Shown piece by piece: positions 9,505-20,400 of a DNA stretch of 64,000 nucleotides. Source of the stretch: Bacteroidaceae bacterium (GTDB lineage Bacteria > Bacteroidota > Bacteroidia > Bacteroidales > Bacteroidaceae); assembly GCA_045588345.1 (NCBI GenBank), contig JAZNDZ010000005.1, forward strand, positions 1,138-65,137. Direction: 5' to 3'. Under the pieces are notes generated by a model. The model made no database searches. It saw nothing but the letters and a program-made list of their open reading frames with translations, and was not told the origin of the DNA. The stretch's first letter is position 1; each line of letters begins with the position of its first letter. Position numbers and translations under genes: made by a program.

Positions 9505-11427
9505 TTACAGCAGTCTCGCGAACAACTCTATTGCCTGATACTCGGGCAAGCCTATCTTGTTGAACAGTGCTGCTGTACCCTGTGTACGTTCCTCGGCACG
9601 CTGCCAGAACTCACGTGCGTCCTCACCGGGGAACGGAACAATATCCTTTTGTGAGAGATGGCGGAAGATTGCATGACGCTTGCGTATGAGTTCCTCGGGA
9701 CTGAGGGGCACTGCCATGTCAGCAACCGCCAAATCCCACTCTTGCCATGCGCCTCGGTAGAGCCATATATGGCACTCTTTTGCCCAAGGTTCGTCCTTTA
9801 CCTCCTCGAATGCGCGCAGCACTGCTTCAATACATACGCGGTGTGTACCGTGGGGGTCGGTGAGGTCACCTGCTGCGTAAATCTGATGAGGTTTGACCTC
9901 TCGCATCAGAGCCTTTACTATCTCAACATCTGCATCGCTCAACTGCCCTTTCTTTATACCGCCTGTCTCGTAGAACGGCAAGTTGAGGAAGTGAGCGTTG
10001 GTGCGGTCGTTAAGGCCTATTGAGCGGCATGCTGCACGTGCCTCGGCACGGCGGATAGCACCCTTGAGGTCGAGCAAGCGGCGCGGCTCGGGTTCGCCTA
10101 CCTTCTTATTGGCAATAACCTCGCGTATTTCGTCAAACGCGTCACCGAAGCCCATTTCCTTGGCGGTGTCAATATTCTGAAGCACAACATCGTCGTACAC
10201 GGCAACGTTGCCGGATGTCTCGTATGCAACATGCACATCGTGTCCCTGCTCTATGAGACGGTTGAATGTGCCGCCCATTGAGATTACATCGTCATCGGGG
10301 TGCGGCGAGAAGATGATGACACGCTTGGGGAACGGTGTTGACGGCACAGGACGTGTCGAGTCATCGGCATTGGGCTTGCCGCCGGGCCAACCCGAAATTA
10401 TATGCTGTATTTCATTAAATACGCGGATATTGATTTTGTCGTACGTTCCCACGCGGTCAAGAAGGTCGGATAGCGAGTTCTTGATGTAATCCTGACGTGT
10501 GAGTTTAAGGATAGGCTTGTCAACAGTCTGGCAAAGCCAGATTACTGCTTTGCGTATGAGTTTGTCGCTCCACTCCTGTGGAGGTGCTATAATCCAAGGT
10601 TCCTTGACGCGGGTGAGTTCCTGTGCAGCCGCCTCATCAATTACAACCTGAATATCGTCATGGTCCTGAAGGAATGTTGCAGGATACTCTTCGTTGACTT
10701 CGCCTTCAATGAGGTCGCGTGCTATCGCTGCTTTCTCCTCACCCCACATCATAAGCACAATCTTCTTTGCGCTCATTATTGTCTCAAGACCCATTGTAAT
10801 TGCCATCTTGGGTACTTCGTTGGGATTAGAGAAGAACTTGTCCTGGTTCTTGCGTGTATTGTAGCTGAGCTGGACAATGCGGGTTGTAGAGTGAGCATAA
10901 CTGCCCGGTTCGTTGAAACCGATTTGTCCAAGTTCGCCCACGCCCATAATCATAAGGTCGACATTGCCGTTTACCCTCTTTTCATACTGTTTGCAGTATT
11001 CGTTCAGTTTCTCAACCGGCACAGTGCCGTCGGGGAAATGCACGTTTGCAGGGTTAATGTCTATGAACTTAAGGAAATCCTCGTTCACTCTGTGGTTACG
11101 GCTCTGAGGCGAGTCGGCCGCCATTGGATAGAACTCGTCAAGGCTGTATACCTCTACATTTGCAAAGCTCACCTCGCCTGCGTTGTATCTTTTTACAAGT
11201 TCGTTGTAAAGACCAAGCGGTGTGCGCCCTGTTGAAAGACCGAGCACAAAAGGCTTTTCACCCTTATGTGACTTTATGGCATTTATAACAATGTCTGCTG
11301 CTCTTTGCACACCTTCGCTCTCCTGAGCGCAGATGCGTGTTGGAACTTTCTCGAATTTACAGATGCTTTCTATTGAAGCCAGTATCGGCATTTCGCCGAT
11401 TTTGGGAAGTACAAAATTTGGATTCAT
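9505..11427 (-). CDS. Long-form glucosamine-6-phosphate deaminase-like protein fused to a PIG-L/LmbE-type deacetylase domain
   Basis: 640 aa. The N-terminal half has NagB-like motifs (LGLSTGRTPLGLY, GVGELGQIGFNEPGS). The C-terminal half has SPHPDDDVISMGG, typical of LmbE/PIG-L. Confidence 0.8.
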   Translation of the reverse strand: MNPNFVLPKIGEMPILASIESICKFEKVPTRICAQESEGVQRAADIVINAIKSHKGEKPFVLGLSTGRTPLGLYNELVKRYNAGEVSFANVEVYSLDEFYPMAADSPQSRNHRVNEDFLKFIDINPANVHFPDGTVPVEKLNEYCKQYEKRVNGNVDLMIMGVGELGQIGFNEPGSYAHSTTRIVQLSYNTRKNQDKFFSNPNEVPKMAITMGLETIMSAKKIVLMMWGEEKAAIARDLIEGEVNEEYPATFLQDHDDIQVVIDEAAAQELTRVKEPWIIAPPQEWSDKLIRKAVIWLCQTVDKPILKLTRQDYIKNSLSDLLDRVGTYDKINIRVFNEIQHIISGWPGGKPNADDSTRPVPSTPFPKRVIIFSPHPDDDVISMGGTFNRLIEQGHDVHVAYETSGNVAVYDDVVLQNIDTAKEMGFGDAFDEIREVIANKKVGEPEPRRLLDLKGAIRRAEARAACRSIGLNDRTNAHFLNLPFYETGGIKKGQLSDADVEIVKALMREVKPHQIYAAGDLTDPHGTHRVCIEAVLRAFEEVKDEPWAKECHIWLYRGAWQEWDLAVADMAVPLSPEELIRKRHAIFRHLSQKDIVPFPGEDAREFWQRAEERTQGTAALFNKIGLPEYQAIELFARLL

Positions 11428-11564
11428 AATCTTTTAATTTTAATAGTCAGTTATTTAGTAAATTATTTCTTTTATCACTGTTTGGGCAGTCAATAACCTG
11501 TTCCACCCGAAGTTTTTAGTTTTAACCCTGCTTTGCCCGCTTGTTCAACCGTTGTTCTCTGTTT

Positions 11565-12815
11565 TTAGTTTTCTGTTTTCCGTTTCATCACTCCTGACGC
11601 GGGTTCACCTTTTTCAATAAGGGTTTTCATGCAACGCATGTAAGAGTCGGTATGACGGAAGAACATCTTGTATCCCTCACACAGTACATTCATATACGGT
11701 TCTCCGTTCTTGGCGTATGCAAAGCGGTGCTTTGGGCACTCGCCATGACAGAGAAAATAGTAGTTGCATCGCTTGCACTCCATAGGAAGGGCATCGCGCT
11801 TGTCGCGCCCGAAACTCTGCTGTTCGTCACTGCGGTACATATCGGCCAGTTCACCGGTCATGATGTTTCCCAAACGGTATTCAGGGTAGACGAAGTGGTC
11901 GCATGAATATACATCGCCGTTATGCTCAACCACCATTCCGTCACCGCACACTTCGCCAAAAGCACAAAGCGGGGGCTGTACGCCGCACCAGTTTGCAAGC
12001 GTAACGTCGAAAAGCTGTACAAAGCATTTGCCTACATCGAATTTTACCCATTCGTCGAACACGTCGCACATGAACTGTCCGTATCCTTTTGACGAAACCG
12101 ACCATGGAGCCTCAACGGCATCCTCTTCGTCGGGCGACACAATGAGCGGGCGCTTGCCGGGGCGCTGACGTACATACTCCACTACCGGCAGGAACTGCAT
12201 GAAGGGGTTCAAGGAACGCAGGAACTTGTAGACCTCGGCACCGCGCCCTTCGCTGCGCGCATTCACAGTGGATAGGATATTGAACTCTGTGCCGGTACGC
12301 GACATCAGTTCAACCGCCTTTATGACCCTTGCAAATGTGGGAGCACCACCGCAGTCGCAGCGGAAGGCATCGTGGATATCCTGAGGACCATCGAGCGAAA
12401 GCCCTACAAGAAAGTTGTTATCCTTGAAAAAACTGCACCAATCCTCGTTAACAAGAATGCCGTTAGTCTGCAGGGTATTCTCTATGACCTTGTCACCCGC
12501 ATATTTCTTCTGCAACTCCATTGCCTTACGGAAGAAAGGAAGACCGGCCATAAGCGGTTCGCCGCCATGCCAGCAGAAGGTTATATTCTGCTGCGATACA
12601 CCTTGTATATATTGGCGTATATATGTCTCAAGCAGTTCATCGCTCATGCGGGGCATGCTGTTGCCATAGATTTCGCTCTTATCGCGGTAGTAACAATAGT
12701 GGCAATCGAGGTTGCAGGCCGAGCCGATTGGCTTGACCATTGTGCCGAAAGCAGGGGCGCGCCCCATCTTTGCGACATCGCCAAGATGTATTGTATTCCT
12801 TTTGTTACTTTTCAT
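11565..12815 (-). CDS. Anaerobic sulfatase-maturating enzyme (radical SAM/SPASM)
   Basis: 416 aa. CNLDCHYCYY radical-SAM cluster motif and a C-terminal Cys-rich SPASM region (CKRCNYYFLCHGECPKH). Adjacent to a sulfatase. Confidence 0.9.
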   Translation of the reverse strand: MKSNKRNTIHLGDVAKMGRAPAFGTMVKPIGSACNLDCHYCYYRDKSEIYGNSMPRMSDELLETYIRQYIQGVSQQNITFCWHGGEPLMAGLPFFRKAMELQKKYAGDKVIENTLQTNGILVNEDWCSFFKDNNFLVGLSLDGPQDIHDAFRCDCGGAPTFARVIKAVELMSRTGTEFNILSTVNARSEGRGAEVYKFLRSLNPFMQFLPVVEYVRQRPGKRPLIVSPDEEDAVEAPWSVSSKGYGQFMCDVFDEWVKFDVGKCFVQLFDVTLANWCGVQPPLCAFGEVCGDGMVVEHNGDVYSCDHFVYPEYRLGNIMTGELADMYRSDEQQSFGRDKRDALPMECKRCNYYFLCHGECPKHRFAYAKNGEPYMNVLCEGYKMFFRHTDSYMRCMKTLIEKGEPASGVMKRKTEN

Positions 12816-12833
12816 TACATGTTTACATTACAA

Positions 12834-14411
12834 TCATTCGGCAATGAACTGTTCCTCGCCATACTGCTTCTGAAGCATGACAAGTTTCTCTTTCAGTTGC
12901 GCGGTCACCTCTTCGGTACCGGGTTTGCCATAGATATTGTAAAGTTCATTCTTGTCGGTACGCAAATCATAGAGTTCCCAGATACCGTCCTCGTAGAAGT
13001 GTATGAGCTTGTGGGTCTCTGTGCGCACACCAAGATGACGTTTTACGGCATGCTCATCGGGATATTCATAATAGTGGTAATATATTCCATCGCGGTTGGG
13101 ATTCCACTTTTCGCCCTTGAGCAATGGCAAGAATGATTCACCATGGATATCACCCGGAACATCCACTCCTGCAAGTTCAAGGAATGTTGGAGCATAGTCT
13201 ATATTCTGTACCATCTGAGGTATATCACCCTTTGCCTTGCCACCCGGCAGACGTGCCAGCAACGGAGTACGGAATGACTCCTCGTACATCCAGCGTTTGT
13301 CGAACCAGCCATGTTCGCCCATGTAAAATCCCTGGTCCGATGTGTAGACTATCAGAGTGTTGTCCATCAGTCCGTTCTCTTCAAGGTAATCGAGCACACG
13401 ACCTACATTGCGGTCGACAGATGTTATCACACGCAGATAGTCCCGCATATACTGCTGATATTTCCATGCGTCAAGCGCCTTGCCTTCGTGACCTGCTGCT
13501 TTGAATTTCTCAATCACGGCATCGTAGTGCGCGTCCCATGCCTTTTTCTGCTCGGGATTCATATTGCTGTACATGCGACGGCCCCACTCTTCAAGGTCGG
13601 GACGGCTATGTATGGTACTGTCCTTATCGGCAAGTTTAAGGTCATAGACAAGGTCCATATCCTTGCTTATGGACATTCTCTGTATCTTGGCAGCCTCACG
13701 CCCGTCGTAGTTATCATAGAATGTAGCGGGAAGCGGGAAGTTGCTGTCGGCAAATAAATCCAGGTCGCATGTATCGGGCATCCAGGTACGGTGCGGTGCT
13801 TTGTGGTGCAACAGCAGGCAGAAAGGCTTTGAGTTGTCGCGCCCTGTAGACAGCCACTCGAGTGCGAGGTCGGTTGTAACATTGGTTGCATATCCCTCGC
13901 GCTGTACCTTCTCGCCGTTGCAGATGAATGTCGGGTTGTAGTAATCGCCCTGTCCAATGAGGATATCCCAATGATTGAAGCCGGTGGGTTCGGATGTCAG
14001 ATGCCATTTGCCTATCACTGCTGTCTCGTACCCCTGTTGCTGGAGTAATTTTGGGAAAGTCTGCTGGCTGCCGTCAAAAGAGGAACTGTTATCGGTGAAA
14101 CCGTTAGCAAGACTATGCTTGCCTGTAAGCATACATGCACGAGAAGGACCGCTGATTGAGTTTGCCACAAAACTGTTAGTGAAACGCACGCCGTCGGCCG
14201 CAATGCGGTCAATGTTCGGGGTGCGGATAAAAGTGCTGTCGTATGCGCTGATTGTCTGGTATGAGTGGTCATCGCACATGATAAAAAGTATATTCATGGG
14301 GCCTTCGGGCTTTGCCTCCTCGCCTGCGCATGATGCCAGCATGGGCAATGCAGCCACACCGGTCAATGAAAGTTCCAATGCTTTCCTAGTCTTGTCAATA
14401 ATAATATTCAT
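12834..14411 (-). CDS. Sulfatase (Ser-type formylglycine site)
   Basis: 525 aa. N-terminal signal with LASC lipobox-like site, MCDDHS metal site and sulfatase signature ISGPSRACMLTG (Ser rather than Cys at the modified position). Confidence 0.9.
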   Translation of the reverse strand: MNIIIDKTRKALELSLTGVAALPMLASCAGEEAKPEGPMNILFIMCDDHSYQTISAYDSTFIRTPNIDRIAADGVRFTNSFVANSISGPSRACMLTGKHSLANGFTDNSSSFDGSQQTFPKLLQQQGYETAVIGKWHLTSEPTGFNHWDILIGQGDYYNPTFICNGEKVQREGYATNVTTDLALEWLSTGRDNSKPFCLLLHHKAPHRTWMPDTCDLDLFADSNFPLPATFYDNYDGREAAKIQRMSISKDMDLVYDLKLADKDSTIHSRPDLEEWGRRMYSNMNPEQKKAWDAHYDAVIEKFKAAGHEGKALDAWKYQQYMRDYLRVITSVDRNVGRVLDYLEENGLMDNTLIVYTSDQGFYMGEHGWFDKRWMYEESFRTPLLARLPGGKAKGDIPQMVQNIDYAPTFLELAGVDVPGDIHGESFLPLLKGEKWNPNRDGIYYHYYEYPDEHAVKRHLGVRTETHKLIHFYEDGIWELYDLRTDKNELYNIYGKPGTEEVTAQLKEKLVMLQKQYGEEQFIAE

Positions 14412-14513
14412 CTTATGTCTGGTTTTTTCTGAAATTATGGAAAAAGTCCCTGAAGTCCCTACTGAATAGAGGCTTCGGGGACATTTTATGAATGTCGCTC
14501 GGAATCCCTATCC

Positions 14514-15473
14514 TTAATCCTTCCAGCCGAGAGCCGAAGCACCGAGTACTGCAGCATCAGCACCGGGGAGAGAAGACTTGAGTACCTTTACTTTGTCTTT
14601 CCACAAGAAGACGACATTTTCGTTCATCTGTTTGCGGATTGGTTCAAGCAACAGGTCACCGGCGTTTGCAAGACCACCGAAGAGGATAATGGCTTCGGGA
14701 GCCGAGAAAGCAATGAAGTTGCAGAAAGCATCGCCAAGAACCTTGCCGGTGAACTCGAAAATCTCTTTTGCCAATTTATCGCCCTGCATTGCAGCATCGA
14801 ACAGCATCTTTGACGTGAGTTCGTTAATGCATATATCGCGCAATGAACTTGGAGTATCGCGCTCAACAAGCCATTTCTTTGCTGTGCGTACGATACCTGT
14901 AGCCGAAGCGTATGTCTCGAGACAATCGGTACGGCCGCAACCGCATGCACGACCTTCAAGTACCGGCGATGTGGTATGTCCGAGTTCGCCCGCAAAACCG
15001 TCATGTCCATAGATAAGCTGTCCGTTGGCAACGATACCGCTGCCGACACCTGTTCCGAGAGTGATGTACACAAAATCCTTCATACCCTGGGCCACACCGT
15101 ACTTCATTTCGCCGATGGCTGCTGCATTAGCATCGTTTGTCACCTTTGTGACAAGACCTGTTTTCTTTTCAATGCGCCAGCCCAGAGGCACAATACCCTT
15201 CCATGGCAAATTGGCAGCATTCACAATCTCGCCGGTGTAGTAGTTGGCCATAGGAGCACCCACGCCTACGCCTTCGAGTTTGCCTGTACAACCGTTTTCA
15301 TCGGCAAGTTTCTTTATTACAGCTGCAATAGAGTCTGTATACTCCTCGATGTCGGGATGTGCCTGAGTCTTTATTGAATCATCCTTAGCCAAGATGTGTC
15401 CCTTGGCATCTACAAGACCGATTACGGTATTTGTACCGCCAAGGTCAATTCCAATTACATACTTTTCGTTCAT
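14514..15473 (-). CDS. ROK family sugar kinase
   Basis: The internal ATG at 15473 gives MNEKYVIGIDLGGTN (ATP-binding DxGGT). The ROK Zn motif GHT...CGCGRTDCLE is present. The 22-codon upstream extension looks non-coding. Confidence 0.85.
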   Translation of the reverse strand: MNEKYVIGIDLGGTNTVIGLVDAKGHILAKDDSIKTQAHPDIEEYTDSIAAVIKKLADENGCTGKLEGVGVGAPMANYYTGEIVNAANLPWKGIVPLGWRIEKKTGLVTKVTNDANAAAIGEMKYGVAQGMKDFVYITLGTGVGSGIVANGQLIYGHDGFAGELGHTTSPVLEGRACGCGRTDCLETYASATGIVRTAKKWLVERDTPSSLRDICINELTSKMLFDAAMQGDKLAKEIFEFTGKVLGDAFCNFIAFSAPEAIILFGGLANAGDLLLEPIRKQMNENVVFLWKDKVKVLKSSLPGADAAVLGASALGWKD

Positions 15474-15636
15474 AACTATATTTTGGTTAGTTTTATTCCT
15501 GTTTGCGAATGTAATCAAAAAAAAACAACTTATGCTCACATTGCCGTTATTTTTTATATTTTTTTATTTTATCGTTTACAATTCGGGAACTATTGCGTAT
15601 CTTCGCATGACACTTTAAATAAAAACCGTAACAAAC

Positions 15637-17286
15637 ATGATAAGAAAATTCATCACCTTTTCAATTGCAATATGCCTCGCTGCAACAGGCATCATTGCCC
15701 AGGAACAGGCAAAGCCTTCAGTTCTGCCTCAACCAGCCAAGATGACCCTTGGCAACAGCAACAGCCATTTTGAACTGAACAAGGATACAAGGATTGTATG
15801 CAAGTTTGATAATACCGATGTCAAGTACGCAATAGAAGAACTTGACCGGCTTGCTGTAATCATCTTTGGCAAGAAATTGAAAAAGAGCACAAAAATAGAG
15901 GAGGACAATCATATCATCATACGCCACGACGGTTCAATAAAGGCTGAAGGCTACACGCTTGACATCGCACCCGAAAACATTATAATAAAGGCAAGCGATG
16001 CGGCGGGAGTATTCTATGCCGTACAGACACTCAAACAGATTGTCCCCGTACAGGTTTACGAGACCCCCATTGACCTTGAAAGGATTTCACTCCCCACGAT
16101 GAAGATTGCCGATGCACCGCACTTCGCCTACCGCGGATTCATGCTCGACTGCTCACGCCACTTCTGGGATGTAGAGACCGTGAAGAACGTGTTGGATATT
16201 CTTGCCATGCACAAGATGAACCGTTTCCACTGGCACCTTACCGAGGACCAGGGCTGGCGCATTGAAATAAAGAAATACCCCTTGCTCACCAAGATTGGCA
16301 GCCTGCGCGAACAGACCACAACCGGGCATAACGAGGGCCTGGATGGCATACCCTACGGCGGTTATTACACTCAGAAGGATATAAAGGAGATAGTTGAATA
16401 TGCCAGCCAGCGTTTCATCACCATTGTTCCCGAAATTGAAATTCCAGGACACTCGCTCGGTGCGCTGAGCGCATACCCATGGTTAGGTTGCGAGGGAGAG
16501 AAAGGCAACTACAAGACATGGGCATACTGGGGCGTATCGAAACAGATTGCCTGCGCCGGACGCGAGAGTACATTCAAGTTCTGGGAGGATGTACTTACCG
16601 AAGTCATGGACCTTTTCCCCGGCGAGTACATTCACATCGGTGGCGACGAGGCACCGCGCGACATGTGGAAAGAGTGCCCCGACTGCCAGAGACGCATAAA
16701 AGAGAACAACCTGAAGAACGAGGCTGAACTTCAGTCATACGTAAACAGCCGCATCGAGAAGTTCCTGAACGCACACGGGCGCAAACTTATCGGTTGGGAC
16801 GAAATTCTTGAAGGCGGCGTAAGCCAGGGAGCAACCATAATGTCATGGCGCGGCACAGAGGGCGGCATTGCGGCAGCAAAGAAAGGCAACAGCGTCATAA
16901 TGACACCGAGTGCCTATTGTTATCTCGACTACCGCCAGACAACAGACCGAAAGGACGAACTTGACAGCAATGGCAGTTACGTCCCTCTTCGCAAGACATA
17001 CTCATTCAACCCGTACGACCAACTGGAGCAGAATGAACAGAAGTACATAATGGGTGTACAGGGCAACCTCTGGACCGAATATGTGACAACCCCCATGCAG
17101 TTGCAATACAAGGCACTGCCTCGCTTGGCCGCAATAGCCGAACTCGGCTGGAGCAATCCAGACCCGGCAACCAAAGACACAGAGGAATTCATTGGACGCG
17201 CAAAAGAACTTGCACGCTACTACAGCGTGTTCGGATGGTGTTTCGGCCGTCATTTCTACGAGGATGGCGTTCAGGTAGGCTGGTAA
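15637..17286 (+). CDS. Beta-N-acetylhexosaminidase (GH20)
   Basis: 549 aa with a signal peptide. Motifs RGFMLDCSRHF, HWHLTEDQGWR and HIGGDE (catalytic D-E pair). Confidence 0.9.
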   Translation: MIRKFITFSIAICLAATGIIAQEQAKPSVLPQPAKMTLGNSNSHFELNKDTRIVCKFDNTDVKYAIEELDRLAVIIFGKKLKKSTKIEEDNHIIIRHDGSIKAEGYTLDIAPENIIIKASDAAGVFYAVQTLKQIVPVQVYETPIDLERISLPTMKIADAPHFAYRGFMLDCSRHFWDVETVKNVLDILAMHKMNRFHWHLTEDQGWRIEIKKYPLLTKIGSLREQTTTGHNEGLDGIPYGGYYTQKDIKEIVEYASQRFITIVPEIEIPGHSLGALSAYPWLGCEGEKGNYKTWAYWGVSKQIACAGRESTFKFWEDVLTEVMDLFPGEYIHIGGDEAPRDMWKECPDCQRRIKENNLKNEAELQSYVNSRIEKFLNAHGRKLIGWDEILEGGVSQGATIMSWRGTEGGIAAAKKGNSVIMTPSAYCYLDYRQTTDRKDELDSNGSYVPLRKTYSFNPYDQLEQNEQKYIMGVQGNLWTEYVTTPMQLQYKALPRLAAIAELGWSNPDPATKDTEEFIGRAKELARYYSVFGWCFGRHFYEDGVQVGW

Positions 17287-17326
17287 TCATAAAAAAATAA
17301 TTTATTAAATAAAATTAAGAAAAATA

Positions 17327-17359
17327 ATAGAGGCTTGTTAACAGCAAGTCTCTATTTTT
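17327..17359 (+). terminator. Rho-independent terminator after GH20
   Basis: ATAGAGGCTTG-TTAACAG-CAAGTCTCTAT (one G-U pair) followed by TTTT. Confidence 0.55.
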
Positions 17360-17360
17360 G
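17353..17360 (+). promoter_or_regulatory. -7 promoter box (TAnnTTTG)
   Basis: TATTTTTG lies 60 nt upstream of the ATG at 17421 and overlaps the terminator T-run. Confidence 0.35.
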
Positions 17361-17420
17361 TAACCGACAGGAATTTATTAAACAACTGGATAAACAACAA
17401 ACAACTAACCGTTATTATTT

Positions 17421-20400
17421 ATGAAAAAAATCACTACCTTCTTATGCTTGTTGCTAATGACAACATTTGCATTGGCCGACGAGCCGTTCCGTAACCACCG
17501 TTACGACTCTTTCAAAGTGCTTGCTCCCGGCAACGAGAGCATTGTATTCATAGGAAACAGCATCACCGACATGCATTGCTGGCCCGAGGCATTCAAGACT
17601 TCAAATGGAGATTACCTGCCGATTGTCAACCGAGGCAATTCGGGCACCTATTCAACCGAGCAGAGCAATAACCTTGAAAGTTATATTGCAGGCAAGCCCA
17701 AAAAGGTATTCTTGATGATTGGCACAAACGACATTGCTACAAGCGGAGGCCTCAACTTCAGCGGAGAACAGGTTCTGCAATATGTAAAGAGCATTGTCGA
17801 GCGCATACACCAACGCTCGCCCCAGACAAAAATCTATCTTTACAGCATCCTCAATAACAAGACCGGCAACCGTGTCGAAGCCACATGGTTGCACACCAAC
17901 AAGATTGTAAAGGAGTATGTTGAGGCACAGAATGCCGAATGGTTGAAGTACATCGACCTTTATGACAAACTCACAGGCATTGCACAAGGTGGCGTATGGA
18001 GTTACGACTACCTGCACTTGACAGCCGCAGCATACCAAGTATGGTGCGAAACTATATGCGAGTACCTGGCTGAGGGCGAGGATTATACAGTTTCAACAGT
18101 TTATCCAAAGAACACATCAGCAATACAGGCCAACGGCGGCCTTGGCGGTGCTCATGGCATGCGCGCAACATATTTCAGCGCTTTGCCCATAAGCAATGAC
18201 GATGTACTTGTACTCGGTGACGAGTTCATAAAGAATGGCGAGTGGCAAGAACTGTTGGGTAATCTCAACGTAAAGAACCGCGGTACAGGCTGGGGATACG
18301 GTGGCGACATCGCTACCACAAGCAAACTTGTTGACGCGATGTACGCCGAAACAGGTGTAGAGAAAAAGGATGCTAAGGCAATCTTCATCTACACCGGAAC
18401 AGGCGACTGCAACGGCAGTACAAGCATTGAGACTGTAAAGTCCAATTACAAGGCATTAGTGGACAAAATTGCTGCCAAATCGCCCACATCAAAGATTTAT
18501 CTTTTGGCACTATGCCCCACAAACAACGCCACAACTAATACATCACGCATAAAGGTTCTCAACGATTACCTTGCAACACTTACAACAGAGAACATAGATT
18601 TCGTTGACACATACACCCCACTGCTAAACGGAAGCACAGCGAATACAAGATACTTCTACCCATCGAACTACCTCGGTGCCCTCGGCTATGTAAAGATGGC
18701 GAACCTTATGAAGGATGCTCTCGCTGAAGACTTCCCCGAAGATACATACACGGTGATAAGCGAGACCGATGCAGAAGTACGCTATACACAGGCAACACTG
18801 CGCAATACATTGTCACAGGTGATTGCACGCGGACTGATTATGGAGCGCGGCACTGCAATGGGACAGTATGACCCCGAGAAGATGGCAACATTCGACGCAG
18901 AACTCAACAATGCCTATGACCTGCTTGCCAAGGAAAGCATAACAGAGACTGAGGTTACCGAAATGGCAAACAAATTGAACCATGCCATTGAAACTGCATT
19001 GGCAATGCCAAAGGCAAGTACCACCGATGAAGAGTTCTGGTATCAGTTCACATCTTTGCGCAGCCCTAATCTCTACGTTACAGCAGAGGGTGAAGCCGCA
19101 GGTGTGGCAGGCAAGGACAACACTGCGTCACAGGCAACATCAATGTGGAAATTCGTTGACCGCGGCGACAATTCATTCGACATTGTGAATCGCAAGTACG
19201 GTTCATATCTGAACCCCGTTGCCAATTACAACACACAGATTACAACTACAAAGACCAAGCCCGCAAATGGTTGGACTGTAAGTTATGCAAACACACCCGG
19301 CTATTACATCATCTCTTCAGGTGACGTGCAACTTAACCAGACAGGCTCGGGGCAGAGTTTCACAATATACAACTGGAGTAGCAGCACAAGCCTTGGCAGT
19401 GACCGCGGCGATACTGGTTGCCAGTTGGCAATTGCCGAAGCCGGAGAAATTGAGGAACTGCCCACATCATTCACATATACAGTTGACAAGAACAACGGCA
19501 ATCTTTACCGCGGAACGTCGGTAAACCAAGCATGGAACAGCACATGGAAGAGCAATAGCACACCCCAGTTGCAGTTCGGTTGCGGAACTATTAACAACAT
19601 GAACTGGGTCGACAACAATGTGCAGTTGATGACAGGAACAGCCGGCAGTGCAACATACACACTCACAGCACCTGCAGGCTATACCATTGCCGACTACAGT
19701 TTCACATTTGCCAACAACGGCCATACGACCGGCCTCGCACTGACAATGGATGACGGCACAGAGTACACCACTTCTGCTACCCCGCAGACAATCAGCGCTA
19801 CAAAGAAAGCATTCAGTTCTGTTTCGTTCACACTTGCCGGGAGCAACGGCAAAGGTGTAGTGCTCACTAACTTTACTGTAACAATAAAGGACGATTCTCC
19901 CGAAATGCCGGCAATAAGCACCGAGGGCAACGAGCATTGGTACTATATCACCAGCGCATCCGCAAAGACATATTGCGCAGGCAAGGTAATATACAACGAC
20001 AGCGAAACAGACAAACTACGCTTCGGTGACAAGACATTCAGCGCCGACCGTGTATGGAGTTTCTGGGAGAAGGACGGCAAACTGGCCATCAAGAACTACA
20101 AGGGCGAATATTTCGGCACAGCCGGAGCCGGAACCGGAGGCAGCACCTCATTCGGAACTGTTGAAGAGGCTAACTATATATATAACATACAGAGTTCATA
20201 CGGGTTCTTCATAATCAAGGACAACGCTGTCGAACTCCATGCACAGCAAGCCGGCGAAGTAATTGTACGCTGGGGGGCAGAAGAGGGCGGAGCATCGCTC
20301 TGGCGCTTTGACGAGGTTGACACAAGCAATGCGCTTGCAGAACTTGCTACAACCAATGTTGCACAAGGCAAGGTGAGCACCGGCATCGGCAATAAAGACC

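Noticed and set aside
12372-13136. 254-codon plus-strand ORF spanning the anSME/sulfatase junction
   Set aside because: It is antisense to two motif-supported genes and crosses their intergenic gap. It has no motifs of its own.
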